The notes under the pieces were generated by a model. The model ran no database searches and was not told the origin of the DNA. It saw nothing but the letters and a program-made list of their open reading frames with translations. From assembly GCA_963711835.1 (NCBI GenBank), contig CAVQFQ010000021.1, forward strand, positions 64,001 through 128,000: a DNA stretch of 64,000 nucleotides, given 5' to 3'. This DNA is from an uncultured delta proteobacterium. GTDB taxonomy: Bacteria; Desulfobacterota; RBG-13-43-22. Positions 38,089-49,221 of this stretch are shown here, in pieces; position 1 is the first letter of the stretch; each line of letters opens with the position of its first letter. A program made the position numbers and the translations under genes.

Positions 38089-38324
38089 CGCTGTCACGGG
38101 GGTTTCTCCTTGGCAGGCATTCAGCCCACCCCCACCCCACCCCTTCAGAGACTGTGTCGCAATTACCCAAAGCTCATTCCGGATGGGTCCAGCCTCGGCG
38201 GGAGGCGGGCCGGGATGACGAATCATGACACAACCTCTCAGGGGGAGAGGCTTTAGATGGGTTTCCTCCGAAACCGCCGTTTAAGGACAAGCCGAAAACA
38301 GCCGGACCCGCTCTTGGTTCAATT

Positions 38325-39668
38325 TCAACGGTCCAATTTATATTTATTGATTTTATTATATAAGGTCTGCCGGTCGATATTCAGTTTTTCGGCCGACCGG
38401 GAAATATTCCAGTTGTTTTCCACGAGCAGTCGGGTGATGTGTAATTTTTCCATCTCTTCCAGGGAGTCCGGGAAAGGCCCGGGTTCGCCGGTTGTCCCGG
38501 CCAGGAAAGGCAGGTCCTGCGGGAGGATCTCTTTAAGCTTACTGATGACCATGGCCCGCTCCATGATATTCTTCAATTCCCTGACATTTCCCGGCCAGGC
38601 ATAGGCCATTAATTGGCCCATGGCCGCCGGTGAGATGTCTTTTTGGGGACGATTTAATTCAAAGGAAAATTTTTCAATAAAATGGCGGGTCAGAAGAGGA
38701 ATATCTTCTCTCCTTTCCCGCAAGGGAGGCAGATGGATAGAGATGACATTGAGCCGGTAAAAAAGGTCTTCCCGGAAGGCCCCTTCGGCCATGGCCTTTT
38801 TCAGGTCTCGATTGGTGGCCGTCAGGATGCGGACATCCACCTCAATAGTCACTGTGCCTCCAATCCGTTGAAAGGTCCTTTCTTCCAGAACCCTTAACAG
38901 ATTAGCCTGGGTCTTTAAACTGACATCCCCGATTTCATCCAGAAATAGGGTCCCTCCATCGGCCAGCTCAAAACGTCCTTTTTTAGAACGGTCCGCTCCG
39001 GTAAAGGCCCCTTTTTCAAAGCCGAAAAGCTCGCTTTCCAATAAGGTCTCCGGAAGAGCGGCGCTGCTGACGGCAATAAAAGGCTGATAACAACGCCGGC
39101 TCCGGGTATGGATGGCCCTGGCTACCAGTTCCTTTCCCGTGCCCGACTCCCCGGTAATTAAAACCGTGGAATCTGTCGGGGCCACTTGTTCAATAAGCTC
39201 AAAGAGTTCGATCATTTTGGGACTCTGACCGACAATTTCTCCAAAGGCAACCTGCTCCTTTAGTTGTTTTTTTAAAAGAATATTCTCTATAAGAAGTTCC
39301 TGATGGGCCGTGATTTTTTTAATACGATGTTCCATTTCCTTGGGGTCAAAGGGTTTTACCAGATAGTCATAGGCCCCTTCTTTGATTGATTGGACGGCCG
39401 TTTCCATGGTGGCGTAGGCGGTCATCATGATGACCTCGGTATTGGGAGCCGTTTCTTTAATTTTTCTCAAGGTCTCCAGGCCGTCCATTCCAGGCATTTT
39501 CAGATCCAAAAGCACCACGTTCCAGCTCTGGTTCTTGACCAGTTCGACCGCCTTAAATCCGCTCTCGGCCAGACCCATTTCGTAGCCTTCTTCGGAAAGC
39601 CAATCCTGCAGACTTTCCCGGACCGAAGCTTCATCGTCTACAACCAATATACGGAACTTACCAGCCAT
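38325..39668 (-). CDS. Sigma54-dependent NtrC-family response regulator
   Basis: REC ([14 protein letters not shown]), [26 protein letters not shown], Fis-type HTH. Confidence 0.95.
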   Translation of the reverse strand: MAGKFRILVVDDEASVRESLQDWLSEEGYEMGLAESGFKAVELVKNQSWNVVLLDLKMPGMDGLETLRKIKETAPNTEVIMMTAYATMETAVQSIKEGAYDYLVKPFDPKEMEHRIKKITAHQELLIENILLKKQLKEQVAFGEIVGQSPKMIELFELIEQVAPTDSTVLITGESGTGKELVARAIHTRSRRCYQPFIAVSSAALPETLLESELFGFEKGAFTGADRSKKGRFELADGGTLFLDEIGDVSLKTQANLLRVLEERTFQRIGGTVTIEVDVRILTATNRDLKKAMAEGAFREDLFYRLNVISIHLPPLRERREDIPLLTRHFIEKFSFELNRPQKDISPAAMGQLMAYAWPGNVRELKNIMERAMVISKLKEILPQDLPFLAGTTGEPGPFPDSLEEMEKLHITRLLVENNWNISRSAEKLNIDRQTLYNKINKYKLDR

Positions 39669-39678
39669 ATCCTGCCCC

Positions 39679-42582
39679 CTATCCTTCCCTGCCCTTTTGA
39701 TCTGCCCTGGGTTTGTCCTTCGGCAGCCTGACCCAAAAGCGGGTCCCCCGGCCTACCTGGCTGGCCACTTCGATAGTGCCTCCATGCTTGGTGACGATCC
39801 CATGGACGACCGAAAGTCCCAGCCCGACCCCCTTCCCTTCCTCCTTGGTGGTAAAAAAGGGCTCAAAAATATGGCCGAGATCCTCGGCTGGGATCCCGAT
39901 CCCGCTATCTTCAATCAGGAGGATTACGGTGTTCTCATTTTCATCATAGGAAAGCGCCAGCGTCAATTTGCCCCCTTCCGGCATGGCCTCGATGGCATTC
40001 CCTAAGAGATTCAAAATGACTTGATGGATTTGTTTGGCATCGCAGAGGACCAAGGGGAGATAAGCCGGTATCTTTTTCTCCAGGACAATGGATTTCAGCT
40101 TGAGTTCGTGTCCGATTAAGGTTAGGGAAAGATCGACTAATTCCCTTAAATCCACCCATTCAATCTTCGGCTTGGTCTGCCTGGAAAAATCAAGGAGGTT
40201 TTTTACAATGTCGCCGCAACGGGCCGTTTCGCTTTCCATGGTAGCCAGATAACGCCGGATATCCGTTAAGCGGTTCTCCGGGAGAGGCTCCTTAGCGAAC
40301 AGCTTTATCAGCAAGGTGATATAGGTCAATACCGAGGTGATGGGGTTATTGATTTCGTGGGCCACCGTCGCGGCCAACCGGCCCAGGGAGGCCAGTTTTT
40401 CGCGATGATAGATATGTTCATGGGCGGCTTTAAGTTCCTGGTAAGCACGGCAGGTTTCCTGATAAAGGTGCGCATTTTCGATGGCCATGCCAATCGGCCG
40501 GCCGATAGCCGTCAAAAACTTGACGTCCTGCCGGGAAAATTTATTCTGAAGGCGGCTGGTGGAACAAAGAACCCCCACCACCGATCCTTTGGAGACCAGG
40601 GGTATATAAACCGCCGACTGCAGAATCTCCCGGGCTATTTCTTCTTTAAAAACGCTCTCCGCTTCTTGAAAGTTATCTATTAGGACGGCGCGATCGCTTT
40701 GAGCGGCCTGCCCCAGGATTCCCTGGCCTACTTTTCGCTTTTGGATGTAAGGCTTGGCAATAAAGTCATCCGTGAGTCCCCTGGCCACGACCAGGTTCAG
40801 TGTTTCCTTTTTTTCGTCCAGCCGGTAGATGCGCAAACTGTTCCCCTTCAGGACCTCCATCAGTTTATCGGCCACTTGATTGAAGAGTTCTTCCAAAAAC
40901 AGCGATTGATTTAAGAGCCGGGAAATCTCATTAATGGAGGCCAGCTCAATATTCTGCTGACGAAGGGCCTCCTCTTTAAGCCGCAGGAGGTAAATATCCC
41001 TGACAAAGGCCTCATAAGAAATAATCTGGCCGTTTTCATCGCTGATGGCATTGGCCGAGATTAAAACCGGCAGGAGGTAGCCGGGCTTGGCCAGGAGGGT
41101 GGTTTCGTAATCCCGGATGATGCCCTTCCGAAGGAGTTTGGTTTTAAAGGGCTCAAAGGCGGCCTTCTCCGAAAAAAGGTCCTTCAGCGAGCCGAACTCC
41201 AAGATTTCCTCCCGGCTGAATCCATCCAGAAGTCGTAATCCGGCCGGATTAATATCGATGATTTTCAGGTCCTGGTTCAGCAACAGGATCATATCCAGGG
41301 AGCGCTCGAAAATAGTCCGATATCTTTTCTCGGAGCTTTGAAGTTCTTGAATGCGTTCGGCCACCTGTTCATCCAGCGGTGCGGTCGAACTGCCGAGCTT
41401 TTGGGCCAGCCTCCGGGTTTGATCTATGTCCGTGGCCGCCAGGATCACGGAGATGACCTCCCCGAAGTCATTTTTGACCGGGGTCGCCCTGACTTCAAAA
41501 GTTGCGCTGCTCCCATCCTTCAGGATAACCAGGTCCTGATTGGTAACCACCTCTCCCTTTTCAAAACAGCTCTTTACCGGACAGTCCGGACAGGGTTCGG
41601 TCCGTCCTTTCCAGGCCTGGTAACAGGTGCCTTCCGGATCGACCAGAAAATCTCTTCTCACCAGATCGTTGCACATCGTTATTTGGTAATCCGGATTGAT
41701 GGACATCACGTAATTGGTGACGCTCTGGATCAGGGTCCGATAGTCTTTCCTTTTTTCAAGCAGGTCCCGGGTCCGGTCCTTGAGATTGTTGCCCAGTTTA
41801 TTAAAAGCCTGAGCCAATTTCCCTATCTGGTCCTTGGCCTGGTCCGGGATATGGACATCAAAATCACCGCCAGCCATTTGGAGGGCCCCCTCCGTAAGTC
41901 GATTGACCGGTTTTATCACCAGGAAAAGAACCAACAGATATATGGTGGCCGAGATGGAGAGGTAGAGCAGGATGGAAAGGAGAATGATCCAGGGAAGTTG
42001 TCCCTTGATCCTGTCCCCCATCCTGGCCAGGGACATATCAATATCCAACACCCCCAGAACTTCGACCCCCTTGGGATGGGCATGACAGGAAGCGCTGCTG
42101 CAGGAGGGTTCATTATAGATAGGATTAATGATCCCGAGTAGCTTGGCCGAATCCGGCCCCTTGAAGATTCGGGTCCGGGAAGAAGAGGAAAGGCGGCTCA
42201 GAGGCTGTTCCCGGGTGTGGCAGCCGAAGCAGGCTTCAGCCTGCTTATCCACTACCCGGCCCACTTCCTCCGAACGCGTGGAAAGCATGATGACTCCCTG
42301 GCGGTTAAAAATCCGGACCCTTTCCACCCCTTCCTCCCGGCTGACGGCCTCGATGATGCGTTGAACGTTCTCCCGGCGATCGTTAAGCATATCGTTGCGG
42401 GTACTGTTCTTGACCGTATTACTGAACCGGTGGGCATTCTCTATGGTTTCATTCAGGAAGGCCTTTTGCCCAAAGCGGATATGGATAAAAAGGAACAGAG
42501 CGATAACCAGCCCCAAAACCAGCCAGATGGCCAGGATCAGTTTGGCATTAAGATTTCCCCGGAGGGTGGTAAAAAGGGACAT
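39679..42582 (-). CDS. Sensor histidine kinase: periplasmic heme-c-motif domain, HAMP, Cys-rich PAS, PAS, GAF, HisKA/HATPase
   Basis: CFGCH and CSSASCH between the TM helices; [16 protein letters not shown]; AHEINNP; NAIEAM, DSGIGI, FFTTK, GLGLS. Confidence 0.9.
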   Translation of the reverse strand: MSLFTTLRGNLNAKLILAIWLVLGLVIALFLFIHIRFGQKAFLNETIENAHRFSNTVKNSTRNDMLNDRRENVQRIIEAVSREEGVERVRIFNRQGVIMLSTRSEEVGRVVDKQAEACFGCHTREQPLSRLSSSSRTRIFKGPDSAKLLGIINPIYNEPSCSSASCHAHPKGVEVLGVLDIDMSLARMGDRIKGQLPWIILLSILLYLSISATIYLLVLFLVIKPVNRLTEGALQMAGGDFDVHIPDQAKDQIGKLAQAFNKLGNNLKDRTRDLLEKRKDYRTLIQSVTNYVMSINPDYQITMCNDLVRRDFLVDPEGTCYQAWKGRTEPCPDCPVKSCFEKGEVVTNQDLVILKDGSSATFEVRATPVKNDFGEVISVILAATDIDQTRRLAQKLGSSTAPLDEQVAERIQELQSSEKRYRTIFERSLDMILLLNQDLKIIDINPAGLRLLDGFSREEILEFGSLKDLFSEKAAFEPFKTKLLRKGIIRDYETTLLAKPGYLLPVLISANAISDENGQIISYEAFVRDIYLLRLKEEALRQQNIELASINEISRLLNQSLFLEELFNQVADKLMEVLKGNSLRIYRLDEKKETLNLVVARGLTDDFIAKPYIQKRKVGQGILGQAAQSDRAVLIDNFQEAESVFKEEIAREILQSAVYIPLVSKGSVVGVLCSTSRLQNKFSRQDVKFLTAIGRPIGMAIENAHLYQETCRAYQELKAAHEHIYHREKLASLGRLAATVAHEINNPITSVLTYITLLIKLFAKEPLPENRLTDIRRYLATMESETARCGDIVKNLLDFSRQTKPKIEWVDLRELVDLSLTLIGHELKLKSIVLEKKIPAYLPLVLCDAKQIHQVILNLLGNAIEAMPEGGKLTLALSYDENENTVILLIEDSGIGIPAEDLGHIFEPFFTTKEEGKGVGLGLSVVHGIVTKHGGTIEVASQVGRGTRFWVRLPKDKPRADQKGREG

Positions 42583-42793
42583 GGTTTATCCCTAAATGGA
42601 TACCGGACCTTTAAGAACCTTTAACCGACTCTGACTGAAACAAACGGCTTCTTGCAGTATCGGGAAGTATTATATCAGGTTGCTGAAAATTCCGGGGGGA
42701 TTTCTTTTTAAGTGAATGCCCTGCACCTAACCCCTTTAGCCGTCCGGGCCGGGATGGGACGATGAGTTACCCTTTGGACAACCCCAGAGAAGA

Positions 42794-42840
42794 AGACCCC
42801 TCGGTCCCTGGTGGTCACTATTATTTTGAAACCCTTAATA
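42794..42840 (+). repeat. 47-bp direct repeat of 36307-36353
   Basis: agacccctcggtccctggtggtcactattattttgaaacccttaata, 3 mismatches to the first copy. Confidence 0.85.
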
Positions 42841-43007
42841 ATTCAACGCTTTGAAAATAAATCACATTTTCCCGAACAGGCCCTTTCGAAATAAATTGGA
42901 TCTTGACAAAGGAAGGAATTTATTATTATTTAGAAAGGTTTAAATGCGATTAAATCAGATATTTTTACTGTCAACGGATACCTTAGAAATTGATGTGAGG
43001 CGACACG

Positions 43008-46000
43008 ATGGATTCAATGCATTCCCCTAAAAAGACGGTCGGTTCGGTCATGGTGGTCGGGGGCGGTATTGCCGGCATGCAGGCCGCCCTGGATCTGGCC
43101 AACTCCGGTTTTTACGTTTACCTGGTTGAAAAATCACCGGCCATCGGCGGGGTCATGGCCCAACTGGACAAAACCTTCCCGACCAATGACTGCGCCATGT
43201 GAATCATCTCTCCCAAGCTGGTCGAGGTCGGCCGGCACATCAATATTGAACTCCTCCCCACAGCGACCGTAGAGGCTATTCAGGGAGAAGAAGGAGATTT
43301 TTTCGTTACCGTCCGTCAAGCCCCTCGTTTTATTGATTTGAATAAATGCACGGCCTGCGGAGACTGCCCCACGGTTTGCCCGGTAACCCGGCCCAATGAA
43401 TACGATTGGGGCTTAAGTTCCCGGAAGGCCACCTACAAACCGTACGCTCAAGCCATCCCGGGAGGGTATTGTATCGAAAAAAAGGATCGGGCCCCCTGTG
43501 GTCTGGCCTGCCCGGCCAACTTAAATGTCCAGGGTTATGTGGCCATGGTCAAGGAGGGCAAGTACCGGGAAGCCATCGAAATAATTTTGGAAAAACTTCC
43601 TCTGCCCGGCGTCCTGGGACGGGTTTGCGTCCATCAGTGCGAAAAGAGCTGCCGGCGTCTGGAAAAAGAGGAGGCGGTTTCCATCCGGGAATTAAAACGG
43701 GTGGCCGCCGAACAAGTTGACTTATCCGGCCTGCCTATTCCGGCCATTGAACCGAACGGAAAGCATGTGGCCGTTATCGGTTCAGGTCCCTCGGGATTAA
43801 CCGCGGCCTACTTCCTGGCCTTAAAAGGCTATCAGGTAAGGATCTATGAGGCCATGCCCGAGGCCGGCGGCATGCTGCGCTATTGCATCCCGACCTACCG
43901 CCTTCCGCGATCCATCTTGGATGCCGAAATCGCCTTTATCCAGCGCCATGGGGTGGAGATTCTAACCAATACCCCTCTTGGAAAGGACCTCACCCTGGAT
44001 GACCTTCTCGGCCATGGGACTGATGCGGTTTACCTGGCTACCGGGGCCCACCAGGGATTACGAATGGGCATCCCCGGGGAGGATGAACTCCAGGGGGTGG
44101 TTGATGTGGTCTCTTTTCTCCGGGATGTCCACCTGGGGAAACGGACCCAGGTTTCGGGCAAAGTAGTCGTGGTCGGGGGCGGGCATTCCGTACTCGATGC
44201 CGCCGTAACCTCGGTGCGAATGGGCGCGAAGGAGGTCCACATCGTCTATAGGCGTTCCCGCCAGGAGATGCTGGCCGATCAGGCGGAAGTGACCATGGCT
44301 GAAGTGGCCGGGGTCAAAATCCACTTTCAGGTAGCGCCCCTGCGCTTGGTCGGGGAAAAGGGCCAGGTCATCGGCATGGAATGTATCCGAACCCGCCTGA
44401 TGGAACCGGACAGCACCGGCCGCAGAAAACCGGTACCGATAGCCGGGTCGGAAATCTTTTTTGAAGCCGACACCGTCATCTCCGCCATCGGGCAGGAGCC
44501 CGACTTGCGTTATTTAGGAAATGATTCCGGGCTGGCCATCTCCAAGTGGGGCCTTTTGGTCACCAACCCGGCCACCCTTCAGACCAATCGGCCTAACGTC
44601 TTTGCCGGCGGGGATTGCATTACCGGGCCGGCAACGGCCATCGAGGCCGTAGAAGCCGGACAGCGGGCCGCCCATTACATCGACCGCTATCTTCAGGGCC
44701 TGGAACTCCCTCAGGAATGGGAGGAAGAGCCCCCGGTCCGGGGGGACTGGCTGCCCATTGCCCCGGCCGAACCGATCCGCCAACGCCGGCGCATTCCCTT
44801 CATCGAAGAATCAAAGGTTCAACAGGGTGTTTCCATCATAACCCAGGAGGTTATTAACGACCTGGCAACGGAGGAAGCGGACCGCTGCCTGGATTGCGGC
44901 GTCTGCTGCGAATGTTTCCAGTGCGTCTCGGCTTGTAAAGCCGGTGCGGTGGATCATTCCCAGCAGGAAAAGGTCCATACCTTAGAGGTGGGGGCGGTCA
45001 TCCTGGCCCCCGGATTTCAGCCCTACGACCCCTCCCGACTTCGATACCTATGAGTATGCCCATCACCCCAATGTGGTGACCAGCATTGAATATGAACGGA
45101 TCCTTTCCGCTTCCGGGCCCACCATGGGACACCTGGTCAGGCCGTCCGATCATAAGGAACCCAGGAAGATAGCCTGGCTGCAATGCGTCGGATCCCGGGA
45201 CGTCAACCACTGCGACCATGCTTATTGTTCCTCGGTCTGCTGCATGGTCGCTATTAAAGAAGCCGTCATTTCCAAAGAACACAGCCGGGGAGACCTGGAT
45301 TGCGCCATATTTTATATGGACATGCGCACTTACGGCAAGGATTTTGAGAGATACTATGAGCGGGCCAAAAATGAAAGCGGGGTTCGATTTATCCGCTCCC
45401 GCATTCACTCCATTACCCCTCTGGGGGAGAAAGAAGACCTGGCCATTCACTATGTGACCGAGTCGGGGGAGATCAAGGAGGAGGTCTTTGACCTGGTCGT
45501 CCTGTCGGTAGGCATGGAAACCCCGGATCAGGTCATAAAGACCGGAAAGGCCCTGGGGATTGAGATGGACCAACACGCCTTTGCCCTGACCTCCGCGGCC
45601 AGGCCCGTGGCCACCTCCAGGCCGGGCATCTATGTCTGCGGGGCCTTTCAGGAACCCAAGGACATCCCGGTTTCGGTCATGGAGGCCTCGGCCGCAGCCA
45701 GTGAAGCCGCGGCCAAACTCTCGGAAGCCAGAAATACCCTGATCAAGGAACGCTCCTTTCCGGCAGAACGGGAGGTCTCCGGCCAGGAAGCCCGCGTCGG
45801 CGTTTTCGTCTGCAACTGCGGCATCAATATCGGAGGTATCGTCCGGGTTCCGGAAGTGGCGGCCTATGCCCGCAGCCTGCCCGGCGTTCACTATGTGGAA
45901 GAAAATCTTTTCACCTGCTCCCAGGACACGCAGGAAAAAATGAAAGAGGTTATTGAGAAGGAAAAGCTTAACCGGATCGTAGTGGCGGCCTGCACCCCCA

Positions 46001-47466
46001 GGACCCATGAACCCCTTTTTCAGGAGACCCTGCGGGATGCCGGATTAAACAAGTATCTGTTTGAGATGGCCAACATCCGGAATCAGTGTTCCTGGGTCCA
46101 CAACCAGGATCCGGATGGAGCCACCCGGAAGGCCAAGGACCTGGTCCGCATGGCCGTAACCCGGGCCAATCTGATCCAGCCCTTGTTGCAGCCGAAACTC
46201 CCGGTTACCAGAAAGGCCCTGGTCGTCGGAGGAGGGATCGCCGGCCTGACCGCCGCCCTGAACCTGGCCGAGCAGGGGTTTCCGACCCACCTGATCGAAG
46301 AAAAGGATATCCTGGGCGGAAACGCCCGGCATTTGATAACAACCTGGAAAGGGGATCCCATTCAACCCCTGATCTCCGACTTGATCCAAAAGGTTCAAGC
46401 ACACCCGCATCTGCAAATTCATCTCAAGACCAAGGTGAAGGAAGTCCAGGGGTTCCTGGGGAATTTTGTAACCACGGTCTCCAACGGCCAAGGCGATCAG
46501 GTCATCGAACATGGCGCCATGATTCTGGCCACCGGCGGGAAAGAGTTCAGTCCCAGGGAATATTTATACGGTCAGGATCCCAGAGTAATGACCCATCTGG
46601 AACTGGATCAGGCCATAATCCGGGGAGATTCCCGGATTAAAGAGGCCCAACGTGCCGTCTTCATTCAGTGCGTCGGCTCCAGAGAACCGGAACACCCCTA
46701 TTGCTCCAAGGTCTGTTGCACCCACTCTTTGAAATCCGCCCTTTATTTAAAGGAGCTGAATCCCGACCTGGAGTGCATTATCCTTTACCGGGATTTACGG
46801 GCCTACGGCACCCGGGAAATCCTTTACCAGGAGGCCCGCAGTCAGGGGGTGCTGTTCGTTCGTTATGACCCGGATCACAAACCCCGGGTGGAAAAGGACG
46901 ACCGGGGAAACCTGCAGGTGAAAATCTTAGACCATGTTTTAGGCCGGGAGATCATCCTGGATGCGGACTTGGTCGGACTGGCTTCCGCCATCCTGCCCCA
47001 GGACAACAGCCCCTTAGCCCAACTCTGCAAGGTGGCGGTCAACGAGGACGGGTTCTTTATGGAAGCCCATGCCAAGCTGCGCCCGGTGGATTTTTCCACC
47101 GACGGCATTTTTGTAGCCGGGCTGGCCCACTATCCCAAGCCGATCGAGGAAAGTATCACCCAGGCCCTGGCTGCCGCTTCCCGGGCCGGCGTGGTCTTGT
47201 CCCAGAACTTTATCGAAGCCGAGGGTGTGGTTTCCCATATCAACGAAGACCTTTGCCGGGGCTGCGGCCAATGTGCCGAGATCTGCGCCTATAAGGCCGT
47301 GGAGCTGATAACCAACGAGGCCGGACTAACCGTGGCCCGGGTCAACGAGGCCGTCTGCAAGGGCTGCGGCCCCTGCGCGGTCGTCTGCCCTACCGGAGCG
47401 GCCAGCCTGCGCCATTTCAACGACGGACAGGTCTTGAAGATTCTGGAAGCGGCTTTGGCAGCTTGA
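43008..47466 (+). CDS. hdrL: HdrL-type flavoprotein, selenoprotein (UGA 43200-43202), with one +1 frameshift at ~45035
   Basis: [16 protein letters not shown] aligns with [14 protein letters not shown] of the paralog; SECIS-like stem 43217-43236; removing one C gives [17 protein letters not shown] and a ~1485-aa protein colinear with 1189-5616. Confidence 0.88.
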
Positions 47467-47608
47467 AAGATAAAGGGTTCAGGAGTCCAGGGTTCAAGGG
47501 TACGGGATCGATGGAAAAATGAGCCTCTCTCGACCCCTCGACCCCTTAATCCTTGAACCCTTAAAATATACTATTGCGACTTTACATTTTTTAGCTTAGG
47601 AGTTTTCA

Positions 47609-48028
47609 ATGGCTTCTGAATTCGAACCACGCATCATCGCCTTTACCTGCAACTGGTGCGCCTATTCGGCAGCGGACCTGGCCGGGGTCAGCCGATTGCA
47701 GTATCCCTCTAATGTGCGGATCATAAGGCTCATGTGTTCCGGGAAAGTCAATCCCAATTTCGTCCTCAAGGCCTTTGAACTGGGGGCCGACGGGGTCCTG
47801 GTCGGCGGCTGACACATCGGTGACTGTCATTACCAGGATGGTAATGTGAAGGCCCAAAAAGTCATCGCCATGGCCCGCGAGTTAATGGCCCTTCTGGGAA
47901 TCGACGACGATCGCCTCCGGCTGGAATGGATCTCCTCGGCTGAAGGAGGACGTTTTGCCCAGGTCATGTCCGATTTTACCCGGCAGCTAAAGGAAAAGGG
48001 TTCCTTTTCACAAAGGATGGCCTCATGA
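47609..48028 (+). CDS. mvhD: MvhD, selenoprotein (UGA 47810-47812 at the GG-U-HIGDC site)
   Basis: Read-through joins two track ORFs; perfect hairpin CATTACCA-GGA-TGGTAATG at 47828-47846. Confidence 0.92.
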
Positions 48029-49161
48029 AGACCCAGAGCATAGAAGAAATGGTTCAAGAAACCCAGACCTACTACTGTTTGGATTGCGGGGTTTGCACCG
48101 GGAGCTGCCCGGTGGCCCGGGTTCATCCGGCCTTTTCCCCTCGTTTGATCGTCGAGCAATCGTTAATCGGTCTGGAGGAGGTTACGGACCAGGAGATCTG
48201 GTCCTGTCTGACCTGCGCCCGCTGCAGTGTGCGCTGCCCGGCCAATATCAACTTCCCGGAGTTCGTCCGCCTGCTGAGGGACGAGGCTTTCCAGAAAGGC
48301 ATCGAAGGCCTCTACGCCCATAACGGCATGTTGCAGACCATCATGGCCCTGCAGACCCGGCCGCTCCAACAGAACCGCCTGGCCTGGCTGACCGGGGCCG
48401 AAAAAGTGAGCGACCGGGGAGACTATTTCTATTTTGTCGGCTGCCGGCCCTATTTTGATGTCATCTTCCGGGATATCGAGGCCGGGTCCATCCAGGGGGG
48501 CCGTAATGTGATCCGGTTGATCAATGCCGCCGGCATTATCCCGGCGGTCTCCAACCAGGAACGCTGCTGCGGCCATGACGCCCTCTGGAGCGGCCATGAG
48601 GAACAGTTCAAAGCCCTGGCCCGGATTAATATCGAGACCATCAAGGCCTCCGGCGCTAAGGCGGTTATCCTGTCCTGTCCCGAAGGGTATTATACCTTTA
48701 AAGAGCATTACCCCCGGTTTTTCGGAAAGCTTGATTTCGAAGTCCTTCACCTGCAGGAATTCCTGGTCACCATGATCCGGGAGAAGGGAATCACCTTCAA
48801 GTCCCTGGAGGGGACCGCTACCTATCATGACCCCTGCCGCCTGGGAAGAATGGCCGGTATCTATGAGGCCCCCCGGGAACTGATCCGGATGATTCCGGGC
48901 TTAACCCTGGTGGAGATGGAACGGTCCCGCGAGAACGGGGTTTGCTGCGGGACCAGCGCCTGGAGCAACTGCTCCAGTTGCTCCAAGGCCATCCAGCTGG
49001 AGCGGCTTCAGGAAGCCCTGGCCACCGGGGCCGGCACGCTGATCACGGCCTGCCCCAAATGCGAAATCCATCTCTCCTGCGCCTTAAAGGCCAATCCCAT
49101 GGCCATTCAGGTAAAAGATTTGAATGACCTGTTAATAGAAACGATGAACGCTGAATGCTGA
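48025..49161 (+). CDS. HdrD-like Fe-S oxidoreductase (4Fe-4S dicluster plus two CCG domains)
   Basis: CLDCGVCTGSCP, CLTCARCSVRCP, ERCCG, SCPEG, YHDPCRLGR, VCCG, TACPKC. Confidence 0.88.
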   Translation: MKTQSIEEMVQETQTYYCLDCGVCTGSCPVARVHPAFSPRLIVEQSLIGLEEVTDQEIWSCLTCARCSVRCPANINFPEFVRLLRDEAFQKGIEGLYAHNGMLQTIMALQTRPLQQNRLAWLTGAEKVSDRGDYFYFVGCRPYFDVIFRDIEAGSIQGGRNVIRLINAAGIIPAVSNQERCCGHDALWSGHEEQFKALARINIETIKASGAKAVILSCPEGYYTFKEHYPRFFGKLDFEVLHLQEFLVTMIREKGITFKSLEGTATYHDPCRLGRMAGIYEAPRELIRMIPGLTLVEMERSRENGVCCGTSAWSNCSSCSKAIQLERLQEALATGAGTLITACPKCEIHLSCALKANPMAIQVKDLNDLLIETMNAEC

Positions 49162-49221
49162 ATAATGAGTGAAAACAAAAAGGACTATCATTCCGCAGCA
49201 TCATTTTTTTAAGGAGTTGAT

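Noticed and set aside
38100-38320. N-terminal extension of archaemetzincin (track start 38226) or an ncRNA
   Set aside because: The region consists of REP-like palindromic fragments; protease homology starts near 38088 and no RNA family was recognised.
42849-42868. Possible Rex operator upstream of the Hdr/Fdh operon (TTTGAAAATAAATCACA)
   Set aside because: Only a partial match to TTGTGAA-N4-TTCACAA in AT-rich DNA; not distinguishable from chance by eye.
45051-45053. TGA ending ORF 43338-45053 as a further Sec codon
   Set aside because: It lies after a frameshift; homology to the paralog continues in another frame and the aligned residue is not Cys.
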